Source: Phenylobacterium sp.
GTDB taxonomy: Bacteria; Pseudomonadota; Alphaproteobacteria; Caulobacterales; Caulobacteraceae
Direction: 5' to 3'
Assembly: GCF_037138395.1 (NCBI RefSeq)
Contig: NZ_JBAXIM010000001.1
Span: 1-41,740, forward strand
DNA length: 41,740 nt
In this document: piece by piece, positions 17,001-27,330 of the stretch
Layout: the number at the start of each line of letters is the position of its first letter
Numbering within the stretch: position 1 is the first letter of the stretch
Program-made: the position numbers and the translations under genes
The notes under the pieces: generated by a model
Seen by the model: only the letters and a program-made list of their open reading frames with translations
Database searches by the model: none
Told to the model about the DNA's origin: nothing

Positions 17001-17974
17001 CCCAGTCTCCGTCGCAGCATCAGCAGCAGCCCGAGGAAGAAGGGGCCGCCCAGGCAGGCCATGGCCACACCCAGCCTCACCTCAGCCTCCGAGGGGATGA
17101 GGCGGACCGCCAGGTCGCCGGCAAGGACCAGGACGGCGCCTCCCAGGGCCGAGGGCCAAAGGAGCCCGCCGGGCCGGGCGCCGATCAGTGGCCGGAGCAG
17201 GTGGGGCGTCACAAGGCCTGCAAAACCGATCACCCCAGCTACGGCGACCCCGGCACCCACCGCCAGGGCCGTTCCCGCCGCCAGGACGACCCGCGTCCGG
17301 TCGAGGTCGACCCCCAGGCTCCGGGCCCCGGTCTCGCCCAGGGTCAGGGCGTCCAGGGCCCTGCCCGTGCTGGAGAGGAGAAGTAGGCCGGCAAGGATGA
17401 AGGGCGCTGCGAACAGGGTCTCCGGCAGGCCGCGGTCGACGAGGGAGCCCATCAGCCAGTCGATGATCCCGTTCACCGCCCAGGGCGTGGGAGCCAGGGA
17501 CAGGGCGAGGGCCACGCCGGCACCGGCGATCGTGTTCAGGACCACCCCGGCCAGCAGGAAGACGGTCATGGAGCTTCCCCCGGCGGCCAGGGCCAGGAGG
17601 AGGCCCGTCCCGGCCAGGGCGCCCGCCATGGCCGCCGCGGGCTGGACCCATCCTGCGGCGGCGGGAATCCAGAGGGTGAGGACGGCCCCGAGTGCAGCGG
17701 CGGAGGAGACACCGAGGACCCCCGGGTCGGCCAGGGGGTTTCGGGTAAAGCCCTGCAGGGCGGCACCTGAGAGGCCCAGGCCGGCGCCGATCAGCACGGC
17801 CAACAGTGTCCTGGGCAGGCGGAGTTGGACCAGCACGGCCCAACGGGGGTCCGAGGGATCGGTGGCCATCTCGGCTAGGGGCAGGGGAATCCGGCCGGTC
17901 ATCAGGCTGGCAGCGACGAGGGCCGTCAGCAGCAGGGCCAGCAGGGACAAGACCACCAGGCGTCGACGGCTCAT
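16997..17974 (-). CDS. btuC: FecCD/BtuC-family ABC permease
   Basis: LRLPR, LQGFTRNPLADPGVLGVS and IGFAGLVTPH motifs. Confidence 0.85.
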   Translation of the reverse strand: MSRRRLVVLSLLALLLTALVAASLMTGRIPLPLAEMATDPSDPRWAVLVQLRLPRTLLAVLIGAGLGLSGAALQGFTRNPLADPGVLGVSSAAALGAVLTLWIPAAAGWVQPAAAMAGALAGTGLLLALAAGGSSMTVFLLAGVVLNTIAGAGVALALSLAPTPWAVNGIIDWLMGSLVDRGLPETLFAAPFILAGLLLLSSTGRALDALTLGETGARSLGVDLDRTRVVLAAGTALAVGAGVAVAGVIGFAGLVTPHLLRPLIGARPGGLLWPSALGGAVLVLAGDLAVRLIPSEAEVRLGVAMACLGGPFFLGLLLMLRRRLG

Positions 17975-18831
17975 GGACGCACCCCCAGGGCGGAGTCGCG
18001 AATCCGCGCCAGTTCCGCCGCAGCCTCAATCAGGACCGGTCCGCCGCAGAACAGCAGGCGTTCGGGAAGATCGCGCTTCAGGACCCGGGCGTCCAGCGCC
18101 ACGAGGGCCGGGTGTCTTACGGTCTGGTCGGCGCGTCCCGAGCGGCCCCCGTCATCTGCCAGGACCAGGACTTCTGGTGGCGCGGCGAGCAGGGCCTCGA
18201 GGCGCACGAGCCCCCAGCCGCGCACGCCCAGGCGTCCCGCTGCATTGTTGAGGCCCAGCCGGGACAGGAGGTCGTCGGTCAGGGTGCCGGCTCCCGGGCT
18301 GATGCCTCCGGACATGCGGATCAGGACCTCGGGCCGCCGGCTCCCCGGCCGCGGCGCTGCCGTTTCGAGGGCGGCTCGGATGCGCGCCGCCAGGGCCTCG
18401 CCGCGCTCGGGCCGGTGCGCCAGGGACGCGATGCGGCGCACCTGGTCCAGGCTGGCGGCGAGGCTGGCCGGGGTCTCGAAGACCGCGACGGGCACCCCGA
18501 GTCGCTCGAGAGCCCGCCGGGTCGCGGCTGAGGTGTGCGCACTGGCCAGGACCAGGTCGGGCCGCTTCAGGATGACCGCTTCAGCGGTGTCGCCCACCGA
18601 GGGCAGGGTGGCGGCAAGGTCGGCCAGGGTCGAGGTCGCTGGATCCCGGGACAGGCGGCTGAGGCCGGCGATCTGGCGACGATCGGCGATGTGGACCAGC
18701 TGGGCGTCCAGGCAGGGGTTGAGCGAGACGATCCGGTGGGGACCCACCGGCGCCGCGCCCAGCCCCACCGCCGCCGCAAGCCCTCCGGCCGCGACCCTCC
18801 GGCTCACCGTCCTGTGGAAACCCGCCGCCAT
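17971..18831 (-). CDS. btuF: Cobalamin ABC substrate-binding protein
   Basis: RIVSLNPCLD and AEAVILKRPDLVL class III binding-protein motifs; operon context. Confidence 0.8.
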   Translation of the reverse strand: MAAGFHRTVSRRVAAGGLAAAVGLGAAPVGPHRIVSLNPCLDAQLVHIADRRQIAGLSRLSRDPATSTLADLAATLPSVGDTAEAVILKRPDLVLASAHTSAATRRALERLGVPVAVFETPASLAASLDQVRRIASLAHRPERGEALAARIRAALETAAPRPGSRRPEVLIRMSGGISPGAGTLTDDLLSRLGLNNAAGRLGVRGWGLVRLEALLAAPPEVLVLADDGGRSGRADQTVRHPALVALDARVLKRDLPERLLFCGGPVLIEAAAELARIRDSALGVRP

Positions 18832-18833
18832 GG

Positions 18834-20741
18834 TCAGAATCGGCCTCTCAGGCCGAGGGTCGCCACCCGGCCGGGTGCGCCATAGCCGCGTACGGTCTCG
18901 GGTGCCTCGTCTGTCACATCTTCAATCCGTCCGTATACAGATAACATAGGTCCCAAGGGCATCTCGGCCCGCAGGCCGGCGGTCAGGTAGGACTTCAGGG
19001 GCGGACCGCCCCAGAGGTCGCTGAGACTTTCGCCCACGTAGTTCAGGCTCATCCCCAGGCGGAGGTCCCTGGCGAGGGTCCGGCTGACGTCGAGCGCGGC
19101 CATGTCCCTGGGCCGGCGCGCCAGGTCCTGGTCGGGCGCGCCGGCCTGGCCCTCAAGCCGGGCTTGCGTCCAGGTATAGCTGGCGTCGATGTCGAATCCG
19201 GCGAGCCGTCCGGAGGCCGCCGCCTCCAGGCCGAAGGCCATCGTCCGGTCGAGGTTGGCGTAGTAGCCGTAGCGCCCACCTGCACAGTTTGGGTCGCCTC
19301 CGCCCGAGCAGACGGCGAAGTTGACCTGGTCCTCGGTGCGTCGCCCGAACAGGGTCAGGGAGAGGCGGACATCGCCGGCCTTCTGCTCGACGCCCAGGTC
19401 CCCGGCGACGGCGGTCTCGGGCTGCAGGGCGGCGTTCCCGTACTCGCTATAGAGCTGATAGAGGCTGGGCGCCCGGAAGCCCTGTCCCAGGCTCGCCCGC
19501 AGGAGGGTGTCGCCACCGCCGGGGTGCCAGGCCAGGGCCACCTGCCCGGAGCCGTGGTCCCCGAAGGCGTCATGCCGGTCGAGGCGGGCCGCCAGCGTCA
19601 GGGTCAGGTCCGCCGCCGGGGTGCCCAGGGCCTGGATCCAGGCTGAGTCCACGCCGGTCGAGCGGGTCAGGGCCTCAGGTTCCGGATCGAAGGACGAGGG
19701 CGAGGCGATCCGCATCCGGCTGCGTTCGCTCTCTGCGCCGAAGGTCAGCCGCCAGGCGGGGGTGAGGCTCGCTTCGCCCTGGTACTCCAGGCGGCGTACC
19801 TGCCCCTCGGCGCGGAAGGTCTGGTCGGTCACCGCCTGGTCGGGGTCGTAGGTCCGGCGCTGGGTGTCGGTGAGGGCAAGGCCCAGCCGGTTCTTCACCC
19901 GGCCGCCTGCGACCGGGAAGGTCAGGCCGGCATAGCCGAGGGCTTCCCGGGTGCGGCCTCGCTCGCGGGTATCGGCGAAGACATAGGCGGGGGCGGGATA
20001 GCCGTCGAAGGCGTTGCGGGCGTCCGACCAGACGGCCCGGAGGTCCAGGCGGACCTCGGGGGCCAGGTCTGCGGTAAGCCGCCCCGAGGCACCGGTCCGC
20101 CGGTAGCCGTCGCGCTCGGTCCCGCTGCGCGCCGCCGAAACCCCGTCGGTGGCATAGGAGTCCGCGGCCAGCCGCCAGGCCAGGGCCTCGCCCGCGCCGC
20201 CGACGCCGCCGCGCAGATAGGTGGTTCCCAGGCCGCCGGCTTCGGCCGCGGCATCGCCGGTAAGCGCGCCCTTCGGCGGAAGGCGGGTCTCCAGGCTGAC
20301 CACGCCCCCGATGGCCTGGCCACCCCAGACGGCCGACTGGACCCCCCGCAGGATCTCAATCCGGGAAATATCGCCCACCAAAAGGTTGGCGGCGTCGTAG
20401 GCCCCGCCGACGACGGAGGGGTCGTTCAGGCGCACACCGTCAATGACGAACAGGGTCTGCTCGGCCTCGGCGCCCCGGATCCGCACGGCCGTCACCCCGC
20501 CCGGTCCGCCATTTCGGCTGACGCCGACCCCCGGGGTCGAGGCGAGGAGGTCCGAGATCACCAGGGCCTGGCGGTCGCGGATCACTGCCTCGGGGATCAC
20601 CGTCACGCTGCGCCCGCTTTCGGAGGCCGCCACGGGGATCCGGTTGGCCACCACAACTACGGCCTCCACCGGGACGTCCACCGGAGCCTTAGGGGAAATA
20701 GCGGCCAGGGCCGCGGCCCCGGCCAGACTCACAAGACTCAT
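18834..20741 (-). CDS. btuB: TonB-dependent cobalamin receptor
   Basis: EAVVVVANR TonB box, IRGA...IDGV plug, RIEILRG and C-terminal F; directly downstream of a cobalamin riboswitch. ATG at 20741 follows GGAGGAGG. Confidence 0.88.
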   Translation of the reverse strand: MSLVSLAGAAALAAISPKAPVDVPVEAVVVVANRIPVAASESGRSVTVIPEAVIRDRQALVISDLLASTPGVGVSRNGGPGGVTAVRIRGAEAEQTLFVIDGVRLNDPSVVGGAYDAANLLVGDISRIEILRGVQSAVWGGQAIGGVVSLETRLPPKGALTGDAAAEAGGLGTTYLRGGVGGAGEALAWRLAADSYATDGVSAARSGTERDGYRRTGASGRLTADLAPEVRLDLRAVWSDARNAFDGYPAPAYVFADTRERGRTREALGYAGLTFPVAGGRVKNRLGLALTDTQRRTYDPDQAVTDQTFRAEGQVRRLEYQGEASLTPAWRLTFGAESERSRMRIASPSSFDPEPEALTRSTGVDSAWIQALGTPAADLTLTLAARLDRHDAFGDHGSGQVALAWHPGGGDTLLRASLGQGFRAPSLYQLYSEYGNAALQPETAVAGDLGVEQKAGDVRLSLTLFGRRTEDQVNFAVCSGGGDPNCAGGRYGYYANLDRTMAFGLEAAASGRLAGFDIDASYTWTQARLEGQAGAPDQDLARRPRDMAALDVSRTLARDLRLGMSLNYVGESLSDLWGGPPLKSYLTAGLRAEMPLGPMLSVYGRIEDVTDEAPETVRGYGAPGRVATLGLRGRF

Positions 20742-20883
20742 CGCGCCCTCCTCCGGACGATATGCGGCCGCGAACTGCAGCCGAACAGGCTTCCCCGGCC
20801 CGCAAATGCGGTCCGGTTGTGTCTGTCGCCGGTCGGGAGAGACCCGTCCTTCAGGCACACCCCGGCCTGTCGGATGACGACGG

Positions 20884-21068
20884 CGTCAGGCAGGTCTCCT
20901 GGCTCGCGGGTCAATGTCCCTTGCGCGTCGCCTTCCCAGCTGGGTTCCCGAAGGTTCCTGGCCAGTGGCTTTGTGACACGCGGACTCGCCGCTTACAGTT
21001 GCGGGGGCAGCCCGGGCCTTACACCCGAGTTCCCTTTTCATCTCCCTCTCGGGAGAACCTGACGCAGA
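20884..21068 (-). ncRNA. Cobalamin (AdoCbl) riboswitch
   Basis: Minus strand: AGGTT...AAAAGGGAA-CTCGGGTG-TAAGGCCCGGG-CTGCCCCCGCAACTGTAA...GCCACTG...GGGAAGG...GAGCCAGGAGACCTGCC (B12 box). Confidence 0.95.
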
Positions 21069-21174
21069 AGGCGCTCTAGACCTCCGTCCTGCGAGGGTCA
21101 ACCGGCGTCAAAAGGGTTGCGCGGGCGAGGCGCCCTGCGCCATCAAGCCTGCAGCCTTTGCTCCGGAGTTTCCC

Positions 21175-22914
21175 ATGTCCTTCCGCGCCCCCCTGCAGAG
21201 CCTGGACCTCGCCCTTGCGGCGGCGGGTCTGCCCGCCCTCATGGCGGACGGCTATCCCGACCTCGACGCAGAGACGGTGACGGCGGTCCTGGCCTCGGCG
21301 GCCGCCTTCGTGGAAGCCGAGCTGGCTCCGCTCAACGCCGACGGCGACCGCATCGGGGCCCGGTTCGAGAACGGCGTGGTCTCGGCCGCCCCGGGCTTCG
21401 CCGAAGCCTACCGGGCCTTCGCGGCCCAGGGCTGGAATTCCCTGGCGGCGGACCCGGAGTTCGGCGGCCAGGGCCTGCCCAAGGTGCTTGAGCTGGCCGT
21501 CTTCGAGATGGTCCACGCCGCCAACATGGCCTTTGGCCTCTGCCCCATGCTGACCCAGGGCGCCATCGAGGCCCTGACCCTACACGGCACCCCGCGCCAG
21601 AAGCGGCTGGTCCTGCCCCGCCTGGTCTCGGGCGAGTGGACCGGCACCATGAACCTCACCGAGCCCCAGGCCGGTACGGACCTGGCCGGCGTCACCGCCC
21701 GGGCCGAGCCCGACGGCGATGGCGGTTACCGGCTCACCGGTCAGAAGATCTACATCACCTGGGGCGACCATGACGCCGCCGAGAACATCTGCCACCTGGT
21801 GCTGGCGCGCCTCCCGGACGCCCCGCCCGGGGTCAAGGGCATCAGCCTCTTCCTCGCTTCCAAGCGCCTGATCGACGACGAGGGCCGGCTAGGTGCGGCC
21901 AACGCCCTGCGTGCCGCTTCGATCGAGAGGAAGCTGGGCATCCATGGGTCACCCACCTGCGTCATGCTGTTCGAGGGCGCCCGCGCCGAATTGGTGGGAG
22001 AGGCGAACAACGGCCTGGCCCATATGTTCGTCATGATGAACGCCGCCCGGCTTCAGGTGGGTGTGCAAGGGGTGGCCATCGCCGAGCGCGCCCTGCAGCA
22101 GGCCCTGGCCTATGCCCAGGACCGGGTTCAGGGCCGCCCGGCACTGGGAGGGGAATCCATCTTCGGCCATCCCGACGTCCGCCGGAGCCTGGCCCTCATG
22201 CGCGCCAAGGTCGAGGCGGCCCGGGCCATCTGCCTCCTGACCGGCGTGCTGGCCGACCAGGCCCGCCTCGCCCCGGAGGCTTCGAGCCGGGACCTGGCCC
22301 GGGGCCGCCAGGAACTGCTGACGCCCATCGCCAAGGCCTGGTCCACGGATGTCGGCGTCGAGGTCGCCTCCATGGGCGTCCAGGTCCATGGGGGCATGGG
22401 TTTCATCGAGGATACGGGCGCCGCCCAGCACTATCGCGACGCCCGGATCGCCCCGATCTACGAGGGCACCAACGGCGTCCAGGCCGTCGACCTTGCCGGC
22501 CGCAAGCTGTCCATGATGGACGGCGTCCTGATGCCGGGCCTCTGCGCCGAGATGGCCGCCGACGCCGCGGCCCTCGAGGCCGAGGCGGGGCTGGAGGGCG
22601 TGGGCCGACGCCTGGCCGTTGGGGTCGCGGCCCTCTCCGCCGCCACGGGCTGGATGCAGCAGAACCGGGGCCCCGACGCCCTGGCCGGCGCCACGGCCTA
22701 CCTGCGCCTGTCCGGCGATGTCATCGGCGGCTGGATGCTGGCCCGCCAGGCCGTCCTGGCTCGCAGCCGCGCACCGGCCCTGGCGGAGTCCCGCGCCGCC
22801 CTGGCCCGCATCTTCGCCGACCAGGTCCTGGCCCAGGCGCCGGGCGTCGCCGAGGGGGTCATGGCCGGCGGCGGGGACCTGGCCCTCCTGGACGCAGACT
22901 CCCTGGCCGGCTGA
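21175..22914 (+). CDS. Acyl-CoA dehydrogenase (long, DmdC/FadE5-like type)
   Basis: GTMNLTEPQAGTDL, GQKIYIT, KLGIHGSPTC, QVHGGMGF and IYEGTNGVQA motifs. Confidence 0.92.
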   Translation: MSFRAPLQSLDLALAAAGLPALMADGYPDLDAETVTAVLASAAAFVEAELAPLNADGDRIGARFENGVVSAAPGFAEAYRAFAAQGWNSLAADPEFGGQGLPKVLELAVFEMVHAANMAFGLCPMLTQGAIEALTLHGTPRQKRLVLPRLVSGEWTGTMNLTEPQAGTDLAGVTARAEPDGDGGYRLTGQKIYITWGDHDAAENICHLVLARLPDAPPGVKGISLFLASKRLIDDEGRLGAANALRAASIERKLGIHGSPTCVMLFEGARAELVGEANNGLAHMFVMMNAARLQVGVQGVAIAERALQQALAYAQDRVQGRPALGGESIFGHPDVRRSLALMRAKVEAARAICLLTGVLADQARLAPEASSRDLARGRQELLTPIAKAWSTDVGVEVASMGVQVHGGMGFIEDTGAAQHYRDARIAPIYEGTNGVQAVDLAGRKLSMMDGVLMPGLCAEMAADAAALEAEAGLEGVGRRLAVGVAALSAATGWMQQNRGPDALAGATAYLRLSGDVIGGWMLARQAVLARSRAPALAESRAALARIFADQVLAQAPGVAEGVMAGGGDLALLDADSLAG

Positions 22915-22935
22915 GGGTTCACGGGAGAGGCCCTT

Positions 22936-22993
22936 GACCCCCTCCGTCCCAGGGCTTCGCCCCGGTCCACCTCCCCCTGGGGGGAGGAATTAG
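22936..22993. repeat. Palindromic intergenic repeat, copy 2 (single unit)
   Basis: GACCCCCTCCGTCCC-AGGGCTTCGCCCCGGTCCACCTCCCCCTGGGGGGAGGAATTAG nearly matches 160-219; between convergent genes. Confidence 0.85.
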
Positions 22994-23023
22994 GGAGGGC
23001 AGCTGATGGGGGGTGACCTGGGC

Positions 23024-24100
23024 CTAAAGCCTAAGCGGCGCGGCGTAGCCGGTCAGCTCCAGGTAGCCTGAACCGCCGGGGACGCGGACGGCGCCTTCCC
23101 AGTAGACAGGTCCTCCCGAGGGGCGGCTGTCCAGTTCCTGGTCGTCGAACAGGGGCGTCAGGGTCCAGCGTCTCTCCCCCTGGGGCGTTTGCATGCGCAC
23201 GGTCGGCGCGACCGGATAGACCGCGCCCGTGCGCGGCGACTTCCAGGTGCGGCCCGGATCGAAGGCCACGGCGCCATTGGGCGCGCTCCAGGTCCGACCC
23301 TGCGCCGTGCGCAGGGAGCCACCGGTCCAGATAGGGCTCCCCTGGGCGTCGCGCACCCGGAAGGCCGTCAGGGTGCCGCCGTCATCGAGGTTTACCCCAG
23401 TCCAGTCCCAGCCCACCGCCGAGGGATCGAGCAGGGTCGAGGACCATTCCCGGTCCAGCCAGGCCTGGCCGCGGACCTGCCGGCGCCGTCCCTCGCGCCC
23501 CAGGACGCCGGAGACCTTCAGGTGCGGCAGGCTGTAATAATAGCTGGCCTGCCCGGGACGAGGCCCCTTGCGGCTGAAGCCCTCCTGTCCCTGGAGCAGG
23601 AGGGGCTGGGTGGGCGCAAGTGTCAGGTCGAGGCTGAAGCCCTCGCCCGCGGCCTGGGTCTTCAGCTCGCCCGTGGGCGTGCGGACCAGGCGCCAGTCGT
23701 CCAGCACGACGTCCATGTCCCGGGTCGAGGCGCCCGCCAGTCCAAACCCCTCCCGGGCGATCCTCTGGCCGTGGAGCAGGCGACCGGTTCGGGGGTCGGA
23801 AAGGGCGGCGTGGGCAAACAGGACCTGACGGGGCGCGAAGCGGCTGGGATTATCCTCACCCAGACCCGTCCGTGTCCGGAAGAACGTGATCTGGAAACCG
23901 AGGGGTGCGCCAGACTCTTCGAGCCAGCCGGTGATGTACCACCACTCGGTCCGGAATTCGGGGTGGGCGCCGTGGTCCCTTGGAAAGACCAGTCGGCGGC
24001 CCGGAACCACCGGGGCGAAGGCCGGGGCGGCCGCGACGGCGGGTGCAGCTGCAAGGGGGACCGCCGCGGTGAGGAGGGTCCTGCGCGTGAGGTCCGCCAT
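23024..24100 (-). CDS. AttH/CrtC-like lipocalin-fold secreted protein
   Basis: LTRRTLL Tat signal; FPRDHGAHPEFRTEWWY, WLDREWSS, GWDW and YWEGAV motifs. Confidence 0.85.
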   Translation of the reverse strand: MADLTRRTLLTAAVPLAAAPAVAAAPAFAPVVPGRRLVFPRDHGAHPEFRTEWWYITGWLEESGAPLGFQITFFRTRTGLGEDNPSRFAPRQVLFAHAALSDPRTGRLLHGQRIAREGFGLAGASTRDMDVVLDDWRLVRTPTGELKTQAAGEGFSLDLTLAPTQPLLLQGQEGFSRKGPRPGQASYYYSLPHLKVSGVLGREGRRRQVRGQAWLDREWSSTLLDPSAVGWDWTGVNLDDGGTLTAFRVRDAQGSPIWTGGSLRTAQGRTWSAPNGAVAFDPGRTWKSPRTGAVYPVAPTVRMQTPQGERRWTLTPLFDDQELDSRPSGGPVYWEGAVRVPGGSGYLELTGYAAPLRL

Positions 24101-24101
24101 C

Positions 24102-26657
24102 CTACCAGTCCTCCCGCACGGCCCGCACCGCGTCCGCCGAAAGGGCGCTGCGGCCTGCGAGGAGGGCGGTGAGGGCCGAGGCCAGGGTCAGGGCAAGGGT
24201 CAGGCCCCCCAGCAGGCCCCAAGGCCAGCGGGTGTCCATGGTCCAGTTGAAGGACTGCGGGTTCACCACCTGGATCAGAACCTGGCCCATGGCCGCCCCA
24301 AGGGCGAGGCCGGCGACCGCGCCAATGGCGCCCAGGAAGGCGCCTTCAAGGGCCAGCATGGCGAGGATCTGGCCACGCCCCGCACCGACGTGCCTCAGCA
24401 TGCCGAACTCCCTTCGCCGGGCCAGGGTCTGGGCCGAGACCGTCGCGGCGACCCCGGCGACCCCTACAAGCACCGCGACCGCTTCCAGGGCGTAGGTCAC
24501 CGCAAAGCTCCGGTCGAAGATTTTAAGGGCGGCCCGGCGGATCTCGCCAGCGGGCGCGATCTCGGTCTGGGCAGCGAGGTCCGGGGGCAGGTACCCGCGC
24601 ACCCGCGCCAGGACCTCTGCCCGGTCGGCGTCCGGAGCCAGGGTCAGCGCCGCCTCGTTGGCCCCGGTGTCACCGGTCAGGCGGGCATAGTCCGAACGCG
24701 GCACGGCCAGGGCGCCGAACTGCCGGCCATAGTCCCGCCAGACCCCCGCCACCCGAAGGGGCACGGATCGGCCCGCCAGGGGAAGATCAAGTTTGTCTCC
24801 CGGTGCCAGGTGGTAGAGGCGCGACAGGGGCTCGGAAATCCAGACCGGGGTTTCTCCCGGCCCGACGGTCGTCGGGGCGCGTCGCCAGGGCAGGTCGGGG
24901 GCGCGGGTGCCTGGGGGTACGGGGATCGCCAGCAGGGTGACCGCTGGGCGCTCGGGCGTAAGCTTCAGGGTCAGGGACCGGCGGGACTCCATGCCGGTGA
25001 CGCCAGGAAGGGCGGCCAGGGCGGCCTGCAGGCCGGGATCCAGGCCCGAGGTCTCGGCCGCGGCGACCCTGAGGTAGATGTCCGCGGGCAGGATGGCGAC
25101 CAACCATTCGTCCACGGACCCCCGGAAGCTGGAGACCATCAGGCCCATGGCCGCCATCAGGCCGGCGCTGGCCACCAGTCCGCAGAGGGCGACAGCCGCC
25201 TGGTCAGGGGCGCCCGCCAGGCGCGCGGCCGCCAGCCGGACGGGAACCGGCGCCCTCATCCTGGCCAAGGGGGCGATCATCACTCGCGCCAGCCAGGGCA
25301 TGGCGGCGACACCTGCCGCCAGGATGAGGGCGATGGCGGCATAGCCGAACAGGGGCAGGCCGGCGACCGGGGGCGCGAAGGCCGCTGCAAGGCCGACGGA
25401 CCCCAGGACAAGGGCCGGGACCAGGGGCGGCCGGCGCTCGGGGTCCCCGGACCGTCCCGCCGCCTTCAGGGCCTCGGCCGGGGGGGCTCCGGCGGCCTCG
25501 AGGGCGGGAAACAGGCTTCCGGCGATGGCCACCGCCAGCCCCAGGCCGGCGTGAAAGGTCGCCCAGGCCGGCGAGATCTCAAGGACAGGCCGGCTGCCGC
25601 TGAAATAGCCACCCCCGAGATCGCCGCCGAGGAGGCCCAGGACGCCCCAGGCCAGCCCCGCCCCGCCGGCAAGCCCCAGGGCCGCGCCGACGACCCCCAG
25701 GCTGGCGCCCTCGGCCAGGACCTGCAGGAACAGGCCCCGCCGCTGGAGTCCCAGCACCCGGAGCAGGGCGAAGGCGGGTCGCCGCCGCGCGATCGACAGG
25801 GACTGGGCCGAAAAGACCAGGAAGCCCCCTGTCAGCAGGGCGACCATGGCCAGCATGCCCAGGTTGACCCGATAGGCGCGGGACAGGTCGCTGGTGCGGC
25901 GGGTCTCCGCCTCCGGCGTAACCAGGCGCGCATCCGGGGGCAGGACGGCCGAGATATCCCGGGCCGCGGCATCTGGCCGGATCCCGGGTGCAAGCATGAC
26001 GTCGAGCCGCGTCAATCGGCCGACCCTGTCGAACCTCTGCTGGACGGCAGCGATATCGGCGACGGCGATCCGCCGGCCAGCCTCTACCCCGGGCAGGGCC
26101 CCCGCCACGGGCATGACGACTCGTCGCCCGCCTTCCCGGATTTCGAAAGTGGTGGACTTCGCGCCGGGTTCAGCCCGCCATCCCGTGGCCGGGGACAGCC
26201 AGACGGCGTCTTCCATGTCCCTCCCGGGCCCCGAACCGAACCCCATGCCGGATCCCGGTCCCGAGGCGGCGGCCAGGGCTGGCGTCACCCGCGCTGCCCT
26301 CAGCGGGTCCAGCCCGATGACGGTCAGGGGATCGCCGGCTGTCGTCCGGGCGGCGATCTCGATCACCGGGCTGACAGCGGCAAGTCCCCGCAGGCGGGCA
26401 ATGCGCGGATAAAGGGCCTCGTCGAACCCGGCCGGGGCCACCGCCTCGATCCGGATGTCCGCCGAACCGCTGACGCTGCGCACGGCGGAGTCGAACTCGG
26501 CGAGGGCCGAGCGGTTGACGAGGTGAACGGCGAAGCCGAGCGCCACGCCCACGGCGATGGCGAGCACCGCCACCAGTGTACGGACCGGGTTGGCCCTCCA
26601 CTCGCCGCGGACCATCCAGCCTAGGAGGGTCGGGGGAAGCGCCGAATCAGCCGCCAT
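24102..26657 (-). CDS. FtsX/MacB-like ABC permease (AttF/G-like, duplicated domains)
   Basis: Two FtsX-like repeats (ARRRPAFALLRVLG; ARRREFGMLRHVG), C-terminal AVRAVREDW; ATG at 26657 overlaps the ATPase stop. Confidence 0.85.
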   Translation of the reverse strand: MAADSALPPTLLGWMVRGEWRANPVRTLVAVLAIAVGVALGFAVHLVNRSALAEFDSAVRSVSGSADIRIEAVAPAGFDEALYPRIARLRGLAAVSPVIEIAARTTAGDPLTVIGLDPLRAARVTPALAAASGPGSGMGFGSGPGRDMEDAVWLSPATGWRAEPGAKSTTFEIREGGRRVVMPVAGALPGVEAGRRIAVADIAAVQQRFDRVGRLTRLDVMLAPGIRPDAAARDISAVLPPDARLVTPEAETRRTSDLSRAYRVNLGMLAMVALLTGGFLVFSAQSLSIARRRPAFALLRVLGLQRRGLFLQVLAEGASLGVVGAALGLAGGAGLAWGVLGLLGGDLGGGYFSGSRPVLEISPAWATFHAGLGLAVAIAGSLFPALEAAGAPPAEALKAAGRSGDPERRPPLVPALVLGSVGLAAAFAPPVAGLPLFGYAAIALILAAGVAAMPWLARVMIAPLARMRAPVPVRLAAARLAGAPDQAAVALCGLVASAGLMAAMGLMVSSFRGSVDEWLVAILPADIYLRVAAAETSGLDPGLQAALAALPGVTGMESRRSLTLKLTPERPAVTLLAIPVPPGTRAPDLPWRRAPTTVGPGETPVWISEPLSRLYHLAPGDKLDLPLAGRSVPLRVAGVWRDYGRQFGALAVPRSDYARLTGDTGANEAALTLAPDADRAEVLARVRGYLPPDLAAQTEIAPAGEIRRAALKIFDRSFAVTYALEAVAVLVGVAGVAATVSAQTLARRREFGMLRHVGAGRGQILAMLALEGAFLGAIGAVAGLALGAAMGQVLIQVVNPQSFNWTMDTRWPWGLLGGLTLALTLASALTALLAGRSALSADAVRAVREDW

Positions 26658-27330
26658 GCCGGTTCCTGAGTCCGGCGCGACCGAGGACCAGGGTCCGGTC
26701 GGCCGCCTCGGCGGCGCGGACCGAGTGGGTGACGAGGAGGACAGAGGCCCCCCTGGACCGCGCTGCATCCAGCAGCAGGGCAAGGCTGCGGTCGGCGGTC
26801 TCCGGGTCCAGGTTGCCTGTGGGCTCATCTGCCAGGATCAGGCCGGGCTGGTGCACGAGGGCCCGGGCGATGGCCGTGCGTTGCAGCTCGCCCCCCGACA
26901 GGCGCGACGGGAAGTCAGCCTCGCGGCCGCCCAGGCCGACGGCGACCAGAAGCTCTGCGGCCCGGGTCAGGGCGGTGTCGCCCTCCACCCCGGCCAGCAC
27001 CAGAGGCAAGGCCGTGTTCTGCGCCAGGGTCAGGTGGGGAAGGATATGAAAGGCCTGGAAGACGAAGCCCAGCTGCTCCCGCCGCAGCCGGGTCCGTTCC
27101 GTCTCATTCAGGCCAGAGAGAGCCCGGCCACCGATCCAGATTTCGCCGCCGTCCGGGGCGTCGAGGCCAGCGACCAGGTTCAGGAGGGAGGACTTGCCAG
27201 CGCCGGACTCCCCGGTGATCGCCACCACCTCGCCGGCGGAAAGGTCAAGGTCGAGACCCTCGAACAGGACCCGTCCACCGGGCACCGTCTTGGAGAGGTC
27301 GCGAATCCTGAGGGGTGCCGGGAGAGCCAT
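26647..27330 (-). CDS. ABC transporter ATP-binding protein (LolD/AttE-like)
   Basis: GESGAGKS, GFVFQAFHIL, LSGGELQR and LADEPTGNLD motifs. Confidence 0.9.
   Translation of the reverse strand: MALPAPLRIRDLSKTVPGGRVLFEGLDLDLSAGEVVAITGESGAGKSSLLNLVAGLDAPDGGEIWIGGRALSGLNETERTRLRREQLGFVFQAFHILPHLTLAQNTALPLVLAGVEGDTALTRAAELLVAVGLGGREADFPSRLSGGELQRTAIARALVHQPGLILADEPTGNLDPETADRSLALLLDAARSRGASVLLVTHSVRAAEAADRTLVLGRAGLRNRHGG

Noticed and set aside
20742-21101. Small ORFs and a BtuB N-terminal extension across the riboswitch
   Set aside because: The region is explained by the cobalamin riboswitch and its expression platform.
23886-26624. Very long opposite-strand or alternate-frame ORFs (912 aa here; also 2764-4653, 34021-35241, 39834-41132 and others)
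   Set aside because: These are stop-poor shadow frames of real genes in high-GC DNA, with no family motifs.
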